Shown: piece by piece, positions 62,601 to 64,000 of the stretch | Numbering within the stretch: the stretch's first letter is position 1 | How the letters are laid out: the number at the start of each line of letters is the position of its first letter | Translations under genes and position numbers: made by a program | The notes under the pieces: generated by a model | What the model was told of the DNA's origin: nothing | The model's database searches: none | What the model saw: only the letters and a program-made list of their open reading frames with translations | DNA from: Callorhinchus milii | Lineage: Eukaryota | Length of the DNA stretch: 64,000 bases | Assembly (NCBI RefSeq): GCF_018977255.1 | Contig: NW_024704743.1 | Span: 12,154,001 to 12,218,000 of the forward strand | Direction: 5' to 3'

Positions 62601-64000
62601 AACCGATTCCAGGACTGCAAGATAGATCCCCAGTGCAACTCTCTGACAATATCATCAATATCTTCTGATTTCTGAGACACTTGGGTTCAACTCCAGTCCA
62701 GAGATGAGAGATAAAAATCTCCCTCTGATGGCTCCTAAGGGTACTATCAAAAATAAAACAAGTTTTGTCAGTCTAGATTCTAACCCACTGTATAAAACTA
62801 TCCATAATTCAGCACCAATTGAGCAATCTTACTCTCGGGGAAGAGTACAATGGAAACAGAAAACTCACACCGATGTAGTGAGATGTGATCATGTGAAAGG
62901 ATTGAAATATATCCCAGGAGTAGTATAGCGAAAGCACCATCACAACAGCTTGCATTTATAGAGGGTGCTTTATGCGGGATAGCGTCTTGGAGCACTTAAC
63001 AATGAGGTAGTTTAACGCTGAGCCGGGGAGAAAGGGGAGGTGACCGTAGACATGTGATTTTTCCGCTGCATTAAGAACAAAAAGGTATTCAGTTCATCAA
63101 GCCACACTTTCCACACAGTTGGCATCGAGGAGGGGTCCTGTGTTAGCTGAGCAAAGTGGGAAAGCAGCAGAGTGGGTGTACGAGTAAGTCATTTCTCCTG
63201 TCTCTGGACTGGATTTGAACCTATGTACCTCAGATGTCAGAGAATAATATTGGTAGGGAGTTGCAGTGTAAACCTCATAGTCCTCAAATCAGTTCAAATT
63301 CTGCGAGAGTAATAAGTAATTGGCAAGAAAGGAAATTAAGGCACATGGAGGAATGACAAGGAAATGAAACTAAAGAGTTGCCATAGTTGCAGGTTTGATG
63401 GAGGGCTATTGGGAAATGGAAATGAAAGTATTTCTCAGAAAACAGCCAGCATAGAACACTTGGTCTTTCTTTGCTTCAATCTCTTCATGATGGGCCAAAT
63501 TGCCTTCTTGTGTGCTGTAAATTTCTATATTTCTATAGACCGAATGGCCCACTTCTGTTTCTACAAAATATTCCTACGGTTTTATGAGTTCAGAATAGAT
63601 TGTGCCCAGAGCTATGTCGTCTTCCATACCAGATTTGTTTATACCTTATTTCCCATGTTTTCTCCTCCTCTTTCTCTGGGTAGGACCTTTCTATGAGGTG
63701 AAATGTTGCACAAGCATGAGACGTCTTAAAAGTTCTGACAGACTTTTTGGCCACTGGCTGGGGAGGAGTTTGGAAAAGGAGCTTTACCCCAACGTGCACA
63801 CACATGCAGCTCCAACTGTTTAGATAAGCGTGGGTATCCAAGCTGATTTTTTCTTCCCTAATCAGGGTCAGTGGTAGGACTCAACTGAGGTTTACTAATT
63901 CAGCACAGACTGGAGATGGGACTCAATCTGTATGGCTCAGCTAGTGACCAGAGAAACCACCAAGCTGTCGGCAGGGCTCATTCCATTGTTTACTTCCACT

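Noticed and set aside
56823..64000. GALNT11 promoter or first non-coding exon
   Set aside because: No CpG island or convincing exon is visible; it probably lies beyond the window end.

Overview
Vertebrate genomic DNA, most likely from a cartilaginous fish; this is inferred from the CR1 and L2 LINEs and the Deu-domain shark-type SINEs. Two genes lie tail-to-tail, as at human 7q36. The + strand carries the terminal exon of KMT2C (post-SET end, CDS 1308-1400, 3'UTR to about 3590). The - strand carries the complete coding region of GALNT11: 11 coding exons between 56784 and 20367, totalling 1821 nt (606 aa + stop), with phases that chain correctly. Its non-coding first exon and promoter were not seen. 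Most of the remainder is decayed transposon sequence, which explains many of the longer ORFs in the track. I found no convincing novel protein-coding system. The most interesting unexplained signals are a GC-AG intron, two upstream AUGs, a palindromic double RFX X-box in the last GALNT11 intron, several long inverted repeats, an unclassified repeat family, and repeated antisense insertion into SINE tails. Repeat boundaries were read by eye and are approximate.
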